DNA of 64,000 nt from Anthoceros angustus (lineage: Eukaryota; Plantae; Anthocerotophyta), in contig VJWM01000068.1 of assembly GCA_010909165.1 (NCBI GenBank), forward strand, positions 1,240,001-1,304,000. The letters are read 5' to 3'. The stretch's first letter is position 1, and every line of letters starts with the position of its first letter. The notes beneath the pieces are model-generated. The model did not search any database. It worked only from the letters and a program-made list of their open reading frames with translations, and was not told the DNA's origin. Below, in pieces: positions 35,701 to 50,372 of this stretch. The position numbers and the translations under genes are program-made.

Positions 35701-37835
35701 CTCATCCTCCCGCAAACTTCGTAACGTGTGCACACTTTGCCAAAGATCACTTGCCGTTAACGCGAGTCCGCGAAACCAACCTCATCCGTAAATAGCTCCT
35801 CATCTATGTCGCTCACCCTGCACAATGCTCCAACTCCGCATCCGCTGGCCGGAGGTTCCATCTCGACGCCGCCAAACTCAACTCGGGTTCACCGCCATGT
35901 CGCCCGCCTTACCTAACACCGCTCGATGAGGAGGCCGCTTCAGTCGGATGTCGAATGGAGACAGGTGCGTGGATGAGCGATACCCGAGGCCGCTTTGCCC
36001 CATCCTCCCCACAGACACCCATCGTCGCCGACGCTGGCGACGCCGACGGTGTTCGCAGCGCCATACATGACTTCAAGAAGCTTCACCGCCATACTCCCCA
36101 TGTGAACCGGTTGTCCACCGCTTCTGCCATGTCGATGGCAATGGCTTCCTCTCGTGAAAGGCCAGCCATGAGTCCTTGTCGTGCATTGAAGACTTATTTT
36201 GAAAAAGCTTGTTTGCAAAGGCCCACTGTGGGTCATTTATCGCTCACCGACCGCGCGTGCACTTGCTACTTGCCCATAATCACATTTCGACCACAACCTC
36301 GATGCATTTGGAGCAATTTTCATGTTCCATGGTTGCGTAGCGCATGCCTCGCTGTATGATATTGCCCAAATGGCGCAGCGCCCAATGCTCTCATCCATTT
36401 TAACACGAATCATCGCCTTCCACCGACCATTCCCACACGACACTTGGGTATTGGCACATTCCGCCATTGATATCGTGCTTGTTTGTTTGGAAATACTTTA
36501 ATGCCCACTTGGCATGCTCGCCCATCCGCTCAGCCTACTCAAACGACATGCCACAATCTATGTGCCACCGCATGGGTTCCTCCTCTCTCCATCCCTCGCC
36601 GGAGTAGGCACGCCAAGGCCCACCCCTGCTTCCATCCATCGCCTCCGGATGCATCATGCATCGAGTTACCGATGGCACACAAATGGACCATCGATGGAGT
36701 GCAGACGGAAACCTTCTATTCACAATGTCAAACCGTGTACGACTTCCGCATGATGGCCTTGTCCCCCGGCCGACACTGTACTCATCCAACCTTCAATGTA
36801 ATTGGATTATACTCCTCCGAGAACCGCATCCGCAGATTTGCTATGTGGCCGTAGAAGACGCCCTCTTCAGCTCCGCAGCCTCGTCCCACCCATGATAAAC
36901 TTGCACACGCATCTTTTGTGCTCCGCCGCTTGTCCGCCTCCACTGCTCGAGATGGTGCCTTTGTTCCACATGTGACTATGTGCTGCTTGCAACGCAGGGC
37001 CATCCATTATAGCCCTCACTTGGGTCATAGCAGGATGCCTCCCAAGCGCCACCGCCTTCTTCTCGGCACCCACCTCTTGAAACTGCTGCCTCATGTGCAC
37101 ATATCCTCACCTCTTCGTCAGACATGTAAAAACGGCGCATCACCTTCGTGATACAAAGACATAAGTATGGGCGACCTCAACGGCATCCATTGTGTATGAC
37201 GACACACCCAGCCTTTTCTCCCACACGGTCCTCAGACTCGATGATCCACCGACGTGACCATAGTAACGCCGGAGGAATGACATGTCAAATGCATACTCTC
37301 CTCTCTCATATACCCCACGGCTATATCGACTGGCGCACACGCATCGCCCCGCTCGATCCTAAGTATCTCCACCGGCACATCCACCGGTGTGCACTGGCCC
37401 AATGCACACCTGCCCACTAAATGTATTATGAGGTGGGTTGATATATCAAAGACCTTGAGGGAATTGCTTTTCCAGAGCACATCACCCGCATTTCTTCTCG
37501 TTGTGCTTGAATTTCATGGCCTGATTGTCCTCCGGCAAATCCATCCGACACCACCCAATTTCACAACCGCCTTGTACACCTCTGGTCTATGCACTCAAGG
37601 ACGATGGGAAGATGATTTCAAAGATGATGTGCCGCCATGGCACTTCAAGCCGCCCACTTTGCCCCCACTTCCTATGTTAGACCCATAGCCCGGCTTTTAT
37701 GCGCTTAATTCTCTATGACTTGACGGAGGTCGCCTTTCGCCAAAACGTAAGACGCCTCGGCAATGGCCCCTCCTACCGCCACAACCACCTTTTCCTCCAT
37801 TGGCTTCCATGTCCATCCTTGATGCTAGGTCGCCC
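32785..37835 (-). mobile_element. CACTA/EnSpm transposon 3' half, copy 1
   Basis: Terminus (C)CTACTAGAAATGGGC resembles CACTACTAGAAA. Subterminal TGTTACAC/TGTAACAC/TGTTGCAA repeats in both orientations (32805-33050). Transposase remnant WM..VE.YL at about 37350-37400. Inserted into the gypsy integrase. Confidence 0.85.
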
Positions 37836-37845
37836 GCCTCCCCAA

Positions 37846-40800
37846 AGTGTGGGCTGAGCATGTATTGCGCTTAGCACCAAAATGCCTAAGCCTTCATGCA
37901 CACGGGTGATGGTCTCACCGGTCCTCCCGGCTTAGTGCAAATTCTATCTCCCTTGAATCACGGACATACATTATGTGTTGAGGTCATGTTCTACTAGAAA
38001 TGGGCACCCTATGTTACACTTTATGTTAGATTTGGACCCACGGATGTAACACTCATGTTGCAATTTTGGGGTCATGTAACACTGGGCCCCTTGTTACACT
38101 TTGGCTTGGAAACCATACCACGGCCGTTGTTGCAATCATGTTGCAATGGTGTTGCAATTATGTTAAGATGAAGTGAGAGGTGGTTTTGCCATCTCTCAAA
38201 ATTGCAACATGATTGCAACATCTAAAGTGTTACAAGAGAGGTCTTGTAACACTTTTGGAGGCTTGGTGCGAACCTCCTCCCCATCCACCATTTTCCTTTT
38301 ACTTTTGCCTTATGAAATACCACGTTTTACTTGGTAGTTACCATCGCCCATCAATCGACCATATATAAATACATCAATACATCCTTATACTATACGCATA
38401 TCATCTCGATAAATGTACTATTATTCTAAGTGCTAGGCGTATTCAATTTCATATAAAATAAGTTTGTATATCGTGTATCGTACGTTATGCATACATATTC
38501 ATGATGCGATACTTTGTATTTACTATTTGTGTAAATATTGGCTTCTATACCCCTACTTTATAGCATCGGCATGCGGTTTGTCCTTCCACGTCACCAATAG
38601 CCATCGCTTCACCACCATAGAAGATATAGTCCCCACCTATCACCTTAATGTGACGCATCACCATGAGGTTATGCCCCTACAAGATTGTCTTTGCGGAGGA
38701 GGTTTGGTATCTGGCTTATGCTTTTACGCCTCCATGTAAGGCACTTCCTACGTCATCGTATGCACCTCTACGAAACTTCCGCCCTCCGTTCGATTCCCAA
38801 TTTTCTTCTTCCCCGCTTGCGTTGGTGAGCAAGCTTTGCCACTTCCTTCCCTCCACACGCTACCATACAAACCAGCATGGCCATCGAGTTATTCAGCGTT
38901 AATGGGTCTCCACCAGCGGACCATTTGCCTTACCTTCCCTCGGTCCCTCCTCGTTTCTTACGCTTCTTTGGACATTTTCCTCTTAGTCCTCCTTCTTGGG
39001 TAGCCGTGCCTTGTCACTCGCCCACGCTGCGCCTACTCCTCCTCCTCATTTTCCTCTTTCGCCTCCACCCTTTATCGCGGTGGCGTTGCCTCAGAGGGCT
39101 CCACTATGAGTCCATGCTCTCGGCATGGGGCAAGATATGTGCAGCAGTGGGCACATCGTCCTCTTGACTGCCTCCCTGCTGCGTCCATGTTATCTGCGGC
39201 GTCCCCCATCCCCGGCCTCCATCATGCCTTGCGCCTTTTGCCCATATCAAAGGCGCATGATGCCCTCTTGAACCTCCTTCATTCTCTCTCCCCTCGACAT
39301 CGCCTCATGCTAGTTCTGCGCCTTTTGCGCCGAGCATGGCTGCTTGCTGGGTGATCCCGCTGTCAGTCCTCCGCCACCGCTCCTCCTTGTCCCCTGCGTT
39401 TTTGTTTGTCCAGTGCCTACAAGTGTGTTTCCTTCACAGTGACGGTCGATCGCCCCTCTCGTGGTCCACCACGACTCACGCCCTCCACTCCTTGTTCACG
39501 CCCATTGGCGTCTCATCCTCCCAACGGCCTCCACCCTCCGCACATGGCGTCACCTTGCGGTCTCGGGCACTCCTCCACCTCTTCTCTAGTATTTGCTTGC
39601 TTGACCTGACCGCCTGCCTCCATTGACACCATTCCGGGCATGCTTCCACCACATGTCGTGGTGTGGGCACCTAATTCGTCCCACTTGTCACTCGTTTCCC
39701 CCTCTGCTGCCTCCCTCATGCTTCCTCATGACCGCGTTCCCGTCTCCACTTCACGCTCTTGTCATCGTCGCCTTTCCCCCTTCCAATCTCGTTGTGCCCC
39801 GCCTCCTCGGCCTCCTCCTCCCAAGCCCCTTAGCCATCTGCATTCCTTCCTAGCTCTCGTCCATCGCCACCACGTGCTGCTGTTGCCTCCCACCCCTTCC
39901 TTCCGTCGCCTCGGAAGGCCACCATATCGGGATCCATCTCCAATTCAATGTCATTAAGCAAAATGGTCATTTCCTTGTTCTCCTTGCAATGGCTTGAACC
40001 TCTGTCTTCTCATACACTCCTGCCTTACCATTGTAGGAACTCGGCACAGAACCCCACTATCGCGGACCGCCCGGGAGGCTGCATGGAAATCCTCTTCAAC
40101 CTCCCATACTCTGCCTCTTCTTCCGTTGGAACCGCCCATCTTGATTCTCAAACCTCACCACCGGCCCGCCCTCCCTTTCCCCATGGGTTTGGACCCATCC
40201 CCGTTTTGGCTAGCCTCTCTTTTGCTGCAATTTTTACTTGATGGCTCAAACTTCCGTTCCTCTTCAACTCCATCCATGCAAGTGCATCTTCCCACTCTTC
40301 GTCATCCATGCTCGGTTTCTTCCATGTCCTCCCCCCCCTTTTCCATTTCCTCTCTGCCTTGACTTCCACAGAGTGCGTGTCGTCATCTGCGAGAAGTGTC
40401 GGCTTATCTTGGACTTGACCACGGTGCAGGAATGCTTGAGACAGTTTCACTAACGTGCTTTCTCTTCTTTGAACGTCCGCCATCTTGCAGTGTCCCAGTT
40501 CATTCACAACCGTCCTCACGGTACCAGATTCTGCGTGCCTTGCTTCGGCCCGAACAACGCCAGTCCCTCCCCCGCTTCATGTGGTTTTATGGCCTCCTTG
40601 ACCATTTGACCCCATGCTTGTTTATCAAGGCTTTAACGATTCATCGTTGTCCACCGCCTCCCTGTCAAACCCATGTCACGCGTGTCGAACACCACCTTCG
40701 AAATTGCTTGCGCCATTCGAGATCAAGTGCTGCGTCGGTCGGTATGTCATCTGCCGGCTTACCGGCCTTCGCGTTCCACTTTCCCTTCTTGCAATCGTTG

Positions 40801-43500
40801 CCGCCCGACCCTCGAAAACCTCCCTTGTCTCCCCAGCACGCATGCGGTGCTCTGTGATACCGTTTGTCCACCATGCCTCATCCGGCGCAAACTTGAGCGT
40901 GTGCACACTTTGCGGCATCACTTGCCGTTAGCGAGTGCGAAAACCAACCTCATCCAAATAAATAGCTCCTCCTCTATTTCGTTCAATTCTTGCACACAAT
41001 GCTCCAACTCGCATCCGTTGGGGGGGAGTTCACGTCGGCGTCATCAACTCAACTCGGGTTACCATCTAGCCCTCGCCTCTTACCTTCCTAGTCTTGATGA
41101 GGAGCTTCTTGGTCGCGGATGTCGAATGACGCGGTAGTGCGGTGGATGGCGAGATACCCGAGGCGGTTGCCCCATCCTCCCCACCAGTCGGTCCATCGTC
41201 GTCGGCTCGGCGGCCCGGCTTGTGGTGTCGGCGCCTTCACATGACTTGACCGCCGCCTCCCATCCTGTGAACCCGGTTGTCCGCCTTTCCATCTTGATGG
41301 CTTCCTCTCGGTGAAAGGCGCGGGCCATGTCGCATTGAAGACCATTTTGAAAAAGCTTGTTTGCAAAGGGTGGTCATTCTTGCTCTTCGGCGGGACCGGT
41401 CTGTGCTGCACTTGCCCATAATCACATTTTCGACCACAACCTCGACAGCAATTTCATGTCCATTGGTTGCGTTATGCGTTACTCGTGATGTTTATATTGC
41501 CCAAATGGCGCTCTCAATGCCCCATTACTCCATTTTACCACTAATCATCTTCTTCCATTCCCACCGTCACTTGGGTATTGGCACATTCGCCATTGGATCA
41601 TGCTTGTTTGTTTGGAAATACTTTAATGACTTGGCATGGTTTACCCATCCGTCAAGCGACATGCCACAATCTATGTGCCACCGGTATGGGTTCCTCCTCT
41701 CTCCATCCCTCGCCGGAGTAGGCACGGCCAGGCCCACCCTGTTTCCATCCATCTCTCGGATGCATCATGCGAGTTACTGCGATGGCACACAAATGGACCA
41801 TCGATGGAGTGCACATGCAGAAACCTATTCATATTCACAAACCCGGTGTCGACTTAGCGGCGATGGCCTTGTCCCTCACGGCGACACTCATCCAACCTTC
41901 AGCTGGATTATACTCCTCAGGAAGCATCCATGATGTTGCTCTATGTAGAAGGCGCTCCTCTTGAGCTCCCCGGCATTGTCCCACCCATGATAAACTTTGC
42001 GCTGCTGCACTTTTGTCTTTGCTCGCCGTTTATGCGCCTCCATTGATACGAGTGGCTGCCTTTGTTCCACATGTGACTATGTGCTTGCTTGAGGCCATCC
42101 ATTATAGCCCTCACCGTGGGTCATAGCGGGATGCCTCCCAGCGCTCACCGCCCTTCTTACACCCACCTCTTGAAACTTGTTCCTCATGTGCAGTACATCC
42201 TCACCTCTTCGTCGTACATGTCCAAAAGCGGCTGCATCACCTTCGTGTGATACGGCACATAAGTATGGGCTGGCGCACCTCAGCATCCATCCATTGTCAG
42301 ACGGCCGACACCCAGACTTTTCTCCCACGGTCCTCGGGACTCCATGATCCAGCGTGACCATAGTAGCGGAGGAATGACATGCGAAATGCATACTCTCCTC
42401 TCTCACCCCCACGGCTATCTTGGACTCTGGTTTGTATTTGGCGCCTTGCTCGGATCCTAAGTATCTCTCCACCGGGTACATCCACAGTGTGCCTTGGGCC
42501 AATCGACCTCGTCCACTAAATGTATTATGAGGTGGGTTGATATATCAAAGACCTTTGGAGGAATTGCTTTTCGAGCACATCACCCATGACCTCTTCTCGT
42601 TGTGCTTGAATTTCATGGCCGGTATTGTCCGTGGCAAATCCATGTCTGGAATTTCACCGCCTTGTACACCTCTGGGTCTATATGCACCCCGAAGGGCGAT
42701 GGGAAGATGATTTCCAGCATGATGTGCGATCATGGCACTTCAAAATTTTGCCCCCCTAATTTCGCTCCTATGTTAGACCCATAGCACATGGGCTTTATGC
42801 GTTTAATTCTCTCTATGACTTGGTGGTCGTCTTTCGCCAAAGCTAAGCGCCTCGGCGCAATGATCCTCTCCTCGGCCACAACCACCTTTTCCCTCCATTG
42901 GCTTCCATGTCCATCCTTGATGCTAGTCGTCGCTCTCCCGTCAAAGTGTGCCATATGGCCTCTCGCATTGTTCTTTTCCACGTGCATGACATCCTTTGGC
43001 GCCATCACAAGGAGGTGACGCACATGGGAGCACCTAAACAGAAGACATCCGCCGCTCCAAAATTTCCTCGCCGGATCTCGGCGTGGTGACCTTCCGCACA
43101 TATCCGCCACCACATCATCAAACGCTGGTGGTTCGGGTGGGGACGGCCCGCCCATCGTATCACCCATGTCTTCCCACCGTCCGCTATCGCCGGGCAACCA
43201 CCTCGTTGCCAACATAAACCGCTTTTTAATCGATGAGAATAGCGGAATCCAGTCCACCAAGAATCCACACACGCCCGGTCCCTTTCACTTGCAATCCAAA
43301 TGGTGCCCAACCTCGGTAGTCGGCAATGACGTCAAAGACCACGCCGCACTAAAATGCCTCCTAGGATCGCTCACCGTATTGAAAAGTCTTCCATGTCCAC
43401 CCCTCTCCAACTCTTCCGGTTCTTCTACCGGGCGCCATATAAACATCAAAATTTTTACCATGCCCGTCCCGTACAATGAGAGGTGTGTGACTATGGACTC
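37846..43500 (-). mobile_element. CACTA/EnSpm transposon copy 2 with a longer transposase remnant; tandem duplicate of 32636-37835
   Basis: WMYPVERYL, DVMHVEKN, RWLP and GHHLDCK motifs at 42000-43500. The same integrase-CACTA junction is repeated at 37846-38000. Confidence 0.9.
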
Positions 43501-43589
43501 TTTGGGGATAGGAATTATGGGGTTTTGTTTTTTGGTAGGTTGGAATAGTAAAATAAGGCGGAAAAGGAGGAATAAGCACGGATGGCGCC

Positions 43590-46500
43590 CGGATCGACTC
43601 GGAGTATACTCGACCGGAGTGGCAACGCACCCGTACCACTATGGCGAGCTCGACTACGCCGGTAACGGATAAGTCCGGACCCCACCCGGGCAAACAGATA
43701 AGCACGCCAGTGAAAGTAACTTAGAAGTTGAGTCGTGAGGGCGCACTAAGCGCGCCACGTGGACGGCCCTGAGTGGAGGTCGGGCATGCAGCAGTCGACC
43801 GATCGCCGTGGGCCGCAGGAGTATTCACGCCCGCTGATCGCGCGGGCGCAAGGCGCAGAGTACGCGCGCGTAAGGCCGAGTAAGCGGAGGCGTAAGGTCG
43901 GTAAGCGCGCGCTCGCGCTACGATGTGGAAGAGGCGCCTTCCGCCGCCGGTTACTTTCAACGGCGCGGCCGACGAGGAGGGTCATTTCGCCGCACCGAGA
44001 CAATTTCGCAGCCTTCGCGCAACCCGGCTCTCGGCGCTATTTCTTTGAGCGCCAGCATCTTCGAGCCGGCTCACCGGGTGGGAGCAGCCGGCAAGAGGGC
44101 GATCGCGGCCGGACTCCGCCAAGCAGCCTACAAAGAACGAGGGAGAAGAAGGCCATGGCACCCAAAAGGTCATGAGGTCCTGGGAGCCATGGAACCTAGT
44201 AGAGCGCAACATTGTGACCCGGCCATCCGGACTTTGGGCCCTGGCTGGAGGAAGCGGGGGAATTAGTCGAGGAGTGGCACTTAGATGTTTTCCAGGCTGT
44301 CTGGACGTTTGACAGCGTCACTCTGGTCCGGGAGTTCGCCCGGAAGATATTGGCGGCGGCCAACAAGGAGGTTCGGTCCAAGAACCTCCGGGAGGACCCT
44401 AGGAGATGGACCTTGGAGGTCCTGAGGGCGGCCTACAACCGCCCAAAGGAGGAAGATGGGGGCGTAGTCCCAGAGCCCCTCAAGGCAAAGGGAAAGATAG
44501 AGCCGCAATGGGCGGCGTCGAGGCTCGAACGCACGGACAACCAACTACCGGTTGATATCGACCGCCGATGAGTAAGGGTCAGAGCCCGGATTATTGTCCA
44601 TTGAACTCGCCACCAAGGTGGATCACCTTGGTGATAATTTGTTGGTGTTCCCGCGCGGCTGGGAAAGAGGGCGGACGGGAAGGATTATCTTCGCCTGCTC
44701 CGCACCAGAGGCTCGAAGCTAAGGAGCGAGAAGCCTCCATTCGACCGGGTCTCCCATACCGATCCATGTATGGGGACATTCTCAAGGAGGGAGAGATCGA
44801 GCGGCGCCCGAAGGGGCCGGAGGCCCGCCGGAAGTGAGCGTGCAAGGCGCCCGAGGTGGGGCCACCCCAAGGCCAAACGGACCCGGGAGGAGGACGACCG
44901 GGAGGATTCTGACTCCATACGCCCGAACGGACCCCTCACCACCTGTAAGTATGGGAAGAAATCTCGCCTTCTCCGGTGCCTCCCTCCGGCAATCAACGCA
45001 GCAGGAGGGAACGACGGGAGTTGGCGGCAGCCCAGCCAAAGAATCGCAACGAGCCACCGACTGGGCGGACCAAGAGGCGCAAGACGTTTACCAACGCAGA
45101 CTGTGACGGTGCTGTGCTTACCCCCGCCCACCTGAGTGGCAAGAGGTCAAGAGGCGGTAAGGAGGGCGAAAGGGACGCTCAAGGAGTGGAGGTCACCGGC
45201 AGCAGCTGCACTGAGCCGGCCCCTGCCTCCATGTGAAGGGGCAAAAGGGCTAGCTCGACCCCTCACCCCTCCGAGCCCTGTGACGAAGAGGCAAATAAGG
45301 AACAAGTGCCAGGCCAAGGAGGGTAAAGCTCTGAGCTCAACACTCGTGACCTAAGGGTCCCGATTAGGTCCGAGAACCCAACCCGACTTACTCCCGGATC
45401 ATGTGCATGGAGGTCCTGGCGGACTGCCAAATGCCCGCCCCCACTACGGACTTTGTGGGGGTTCACGTGGCGCCGTGGAAGAAACATCATGGTTCCGGCC
45501 ACCGTCATGGATCAGAGTGCTTTGGGGTCTCGCTGGACGGCCGAAAAGACCCAGGAGGTAGAAGCCACCCGAGCGTGGCGGTGCTCCTCCGTGAGGCTGA
45601 GGTACCCAGAGGCAAGGAGGAAGGTCAAGCCTTTGGCCGACGAGGAAGGGAAACGCAGAAGGCCGAGAGGGAAGTCCGCCATCCGTGATTTCTAAAGCAA
45701 AGGCATCCTAACATAAGCAAAACTGTGGAGACCGCCAGATGCGGACCAGATTCCGGTCGTGGAGCCCACCGCTAGTCCGGAATGTGATGCAAGAGAGGAG
45801 GACCTTAGCTCTATGATCATGCAAGCATGCAACCCACTATAGGAATCACTCCGGATCCAGACATACGCGGTTGAAGAACGCCGTTGTTTTTCAGAATTGG
45901 AAGGTGTGCCAATTCCTTGGCTTTTGGACAGCCCGTGGTTTTGTCCTTGGCCTATGGGGTTTTGAAATTGTTCACAATGGTATATAAGGAGGGAGCCGGA
46001 TAGTGATAACATGTCCAGGCTGATAGGAGAGATTGGGAGGTGGAGCAACTGGAGCGCTCGGTGGAGAAGCGGGTCTGCAGGAACCCTTGGCTGTACTTTG
46101 GGAAGTGATCAAGCTGTCAAGTAGGAGGAGAAGTGAAGATGAAGACGCGCAACAGTCCACGAGGAGTGCGCAAGCCTTCCAGCAGCAAGGAGGCGACGGC
46201 CCCATCGGCGAAGGAGAAGAAGAAGGAGAAACCCGCAAAAGAGCGGTAGAAGGAGGGCCGTGGTTTTTGTAGCCAGGCAAGTTCTTCGAGAGACTTGTGG
46301 GATTTTCAGCAGGCTTCGGATGACAACGCAGCTTAGAAGTGGGCCTACTCTAACGTGGAATCAGTGGAGTCTTGTTACAGGCAGCTTCAGCTCACAGAGG
46401 AAGAAACGGAGGAAATGGACAACAGGGACGTTCGGACAAATCCGAAGGGATGGACTGTCCAGCACATCCGCAAGGTGTATGGGAGGCCAGAGAGCGAGAG

Positions 46501-48700
46501 TAATGGTGTGGCTCCCACCGAGAAAAATGAAGAAGGCAAGAGGGCAGTAGTGGCTGACCTTCCGGAGGAAGCCCTCAGCATGCTTGTTGGAGGGATGGAT
46601 GCAAAAACACGCAACGGCTGGAGGACAGACAAGATTGCGGACCTCAAATGGAAGCTTTTCACGAGGATGGTGCTGGGGCTGACCTGCTGCCAGCGAACCA
46701 CCTACTTCAGCAGTGCGTTTTTTCATTTTATGTGGAAATTGAAGCAAGGAGCTCACCGACAGATGCCATGCCGACGCCTATGAGCATCATCTAGACAAGT
46801 CGCCGCGAACATAGTGGACAATGAAGGAGCGAGGCACAGCCATTTGAGTACTTACCCGGTGCACCTGTGGGCGGCGCATGGAGTACTTACAGAGGAGGAG
46901 CTGGAGGAGTCTTACAAGCCATTTGAAGTAGTCCCTCTTCGGGATGGTACAGGGGTCCCTCGCCAGAAGAAGTCAAGAAGGCCGAGGAGGAACCCAAGGT
47001 GGAGCAAAGAAGTGCTTCACCTCAGGTAGTGGTCTTGGATGATGCGCATGGCCTCCGGACGCTAAGAAGGAGAGGTGCCTGCCTGAGGAGGCAAGTGGCA
47101 CAAGAGGAAGAGGTATCAAGTATACCATGTACAGTGAGGAGACCCTATGGAGCAGATGGAGGAGATAACCCACCCTAAGATAATCGAGTCACAAAAGTCC
47201 CATCCAACATCGCTGGCCAGAGTGGAGAGACCGCCCAACGGGAAAAAGGCCTCGAACCTACCCTGTGAGGGAATAAGAAAACTAAGGCCTTGAAGGATTT
47301 GCTGACCATTTGTCAGCTAATTGATACTCCACTGGTGAAGCAGGCTTTGGAAGAAGTGGAGGCGTTGAAGGTGAGAGATGTCGTTAGGACAACTGAGGCA
47401 ACTGCCCTACAGACAGGTGGGGAGAAAAACAGCAAGGTGAGCAAGGAGTTGGCACTAGCGAAGGGTGCCTTGTTGACTGGAGAGAAGGCTAGGACTCAAA
47501 GAAGATTGAAGAGCAAAGGTCGAGGCAAGAGAATAAGGAGCACGCAGAGAGTATACCTCAATCGGAAGATTGAGGAGACTGTCCGATGTGGGAAGGAGTG
47601 GCAGCAGCAACTCTCAGTCCTTCAGGCTGAGAGGAAGCAGAGTGGGGACGCATTGAAGGCTGTCTTGAAGGAGGGGAGGCTACCCAAGCCAAGCACGAGG
47701 AGTTGGAGTACAAGCTCAAGGAGCTGGAGGAGGGACAGGCCTCTTGGGGTAAGGAACGCGAGGAGCTCACAAAGCAAGCAACGAAGGCTGAGCAACGATG
47801 GAAGGAAGAGGTGGCTCACGGACTGAAATCATGCATCGCATCCCGTCCGTGAAGCAACGCCAGCCGACTATGCTTGGCAATAGGGGATCCTGGAGGCATG
47901 GAAGGGAGATGCGGCCGAGAATGTTACCTTACAGCTCCGCTTGAGTGAGGTGACCCTCGAGAGAGATGCTCTGCGCAGCAAGTTGGCCTCAGGAGAGTGG
48001 CCTGCGGATTTTGATGAGATTTATTTGAAGGGCCAGGAGATGCAGGTCCACCTACACGCCAGGGTCAACAAACTCACCAAGGAGATGCGCTCCTTGTTGA
48101 CAAGGAAGCTGTTGGGCCCCCATGATGATGACCGAGAGATTTTGGAGGAATTGCGGCCCTCAGCTTCGGAGATTCAGGACCTGGAGAGCGAAATGGATGC
48201 GGAAGGTTCGATTTGGGAGGAGTCGACGGAGGAGGAAGTTTCTAGCCAACCGGTGAGGCTGGTGGAGGTGTCTGGCGGCGCGACAGGCGTTGCACCGACC
48301 CCCAACTTCCTCGAGTTGGTTGCGACGATGGCAGGACATGCTGCCACCGAGAGGTCGGTGCCTCTGCAAGAGCGCCCCGCGAGAGGGGCGACGCCCAGCT
48401 TCATCGCTAGCATCACCGAGATGGTGAGACTCTGTGGGCGCAGAGGGAGGATCGGTCGGGGGATAGTCCCCCGGCGAAGAGAAGGAAGACGGTGGCAGGG
48501 TGCTGGCCATGCCAATGCCCAAGAAGAAGTAGGGTAGGAGAGCGACCGGTAGGGGAGTTCAGGGGTCATCAAGACCCTTGGGGGGGTAGTGGGATCGTTA
48601 GGAAGGTAGGTTAAGAACCTTTAAAAGGCCACCTACTTGAAAACCGTAAGCGAAGCCCACCCACCCCGAACTTAATTAACGCTAGGGTTTGGGAGTTCCT
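43590..48700. mobile_element. Gypsy-associated accessory region with two paralogous + strand ORF remnants (about 44150-44800 and 46300-46930) and a coiled-coil tail
   Basis: Shared motif R.DP..WT.......Y.RP.....GV. GGGGGGTAGTGGGATCG near 48582 is the reverse complement of a motif near 17493 that follows the gypsy pol remnant. Confidence 0.65.
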
Positions 48701-50372
48701 ATAAGTAGGGGAGGAACCCCCATAATAAAATGTCATGTCTTGCTCTCCTAACCTGTGCGCGCTCGACTGCTGCGTGAGCGTTGCGTGCCGGCTGTGTATG
48801 GATGCATGGTGTCTGGTAGGGTGTGGTGACCACATGGGTACTCAGACCCCCTCGAAAAGGAGTGTTTTTTTTGTTTTGTGTTTAAGTTGTGAGAATCGTG
48901 TGGAGTTGGAATGTGAAGTAGGTTAGGAATAAGAACAGCCTACTAGAGCCTAGTAGGAGGGAGGAGAGCAAGAGGAGAGCATAGGAGGCCTAGGAGGCCT
49001 AGGAGAGATAATAGGGTAAGTGACCTCAAATAGTCAGAGGCCCATGTGCTATAGATAGATCAGAATCTTATCTTCTCTAGTGGATGTAATTAAGAGATAG
49101 GCCTCTAGGACCTGTAGGCTAAGACCGATTGGTATTTTTGGCAAGCCAAGCTACTTTGTGGGCTGATCTTGGGTATAAGAGGCACTCTCTGATGAAATGT
49201 AAGCAATGTTGGTTTAAGGTCTTGGTGTTTAATGAGCACGGGGTTTGGGGGTACCAAATCCAAAGGTCGTAAGTCTAGACACTGCTTTGTCACAGAGAAG
49301 CCAAGAAGACCACTGTTGCCTAGATCCGTGTGGCCGATCCGCAAGGGTGGTGGAAAGCAAGGGAGGGAGCCTTGAGGTCTCCTTGGAGGGAGTTTCCAAG
49401 GTCAAGAGGAAGGGGTTGTGAAGCCGGGAGGTCCCAGACTCTTCCTCATTCCCTTCACCTAGTCTAGTACTCACCTTGTGTTTTGAGTTTCGTGTGTTGG
49501 AGGTCGGGTGTTTGGGAGAAGAGAGGGCGGGAGCCTGTGAGGAGAAGACAAGGCGGGAGCCTGTGTGTGGAGGAGAAGTCAAGGAAAGTGAAGTGAGTTG
49601 GAGGCCTGTGGGCTTGTGTGTTTGGAAAATGAGAGGGAAAAGTGAACTGTGAGAGAATTGGAGAATACTGGACATGGAGAGTTGCTGATTGGCTGTTTGA
49701 GAGGAGTAAGAAGGACTGGAGAAGTCTGTAAGTGATGTTTGTGTTGCTGAAGAAGAGAGCTGTGAGTGGAGGTTGAAGATCCCGTGAGTGGATGAGACGG
49801 AATGATTCTGGAGGTAGCTGAACAAGTATTTTGAGAGTTGGTGAAGTGCTGTAAGGGCCTGGATGAGAACCTTGTAAGGACTGGAGAGGCCGTGGAGTGA
49901 AAGTGGAGATTGAATGGGGCAAAGGAGGTGTGAGAACAAGGAGAGTTGAAGAGAGTTGCTGGGAAACTTGGAGAGTGTGGAGGATCAGAGGCACCTCAAG
50001 GGGCTGTGAGAGCCTGGAGAGGTCTCAGATGGAGCTTGGAAGGTGAGCTGAAAGGCTGGAGGAGAGACAAGGAAGTCTCAAGAAGTGCCGCAAGAGAAAG
50101 GGGGTAGTTTGTGTGAGCTGCAACCCTTTATGCCGTGGAGTTGTCCTAGGTTTAGGTTTAGAGATTAGGTTAGGGCCGGCTGCTTAGGTTGTCCATAAAT
50201 AGTGTGTGGAAAAGGTGACTCGTGGCTAACTCGATTGGTGGATCTAACTTTGTGGATAGATAAGAGAGAGGGTGTCCAACCTTATCCACTTGGATCCCCA
50301 AGTGGGTCCCACCTTCTATTAATAGCCAGGCCTGATCCCAAGGTGGACCCCACTCTGCTAAAAATAGAGGGT

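Noticed and set aside
33700-36900. Many 100-200 aa Pro/Arg/His-rich + strand ORFs
   Set aside because: Antisense shadows of the decayed minus-strand CACTA coding region.
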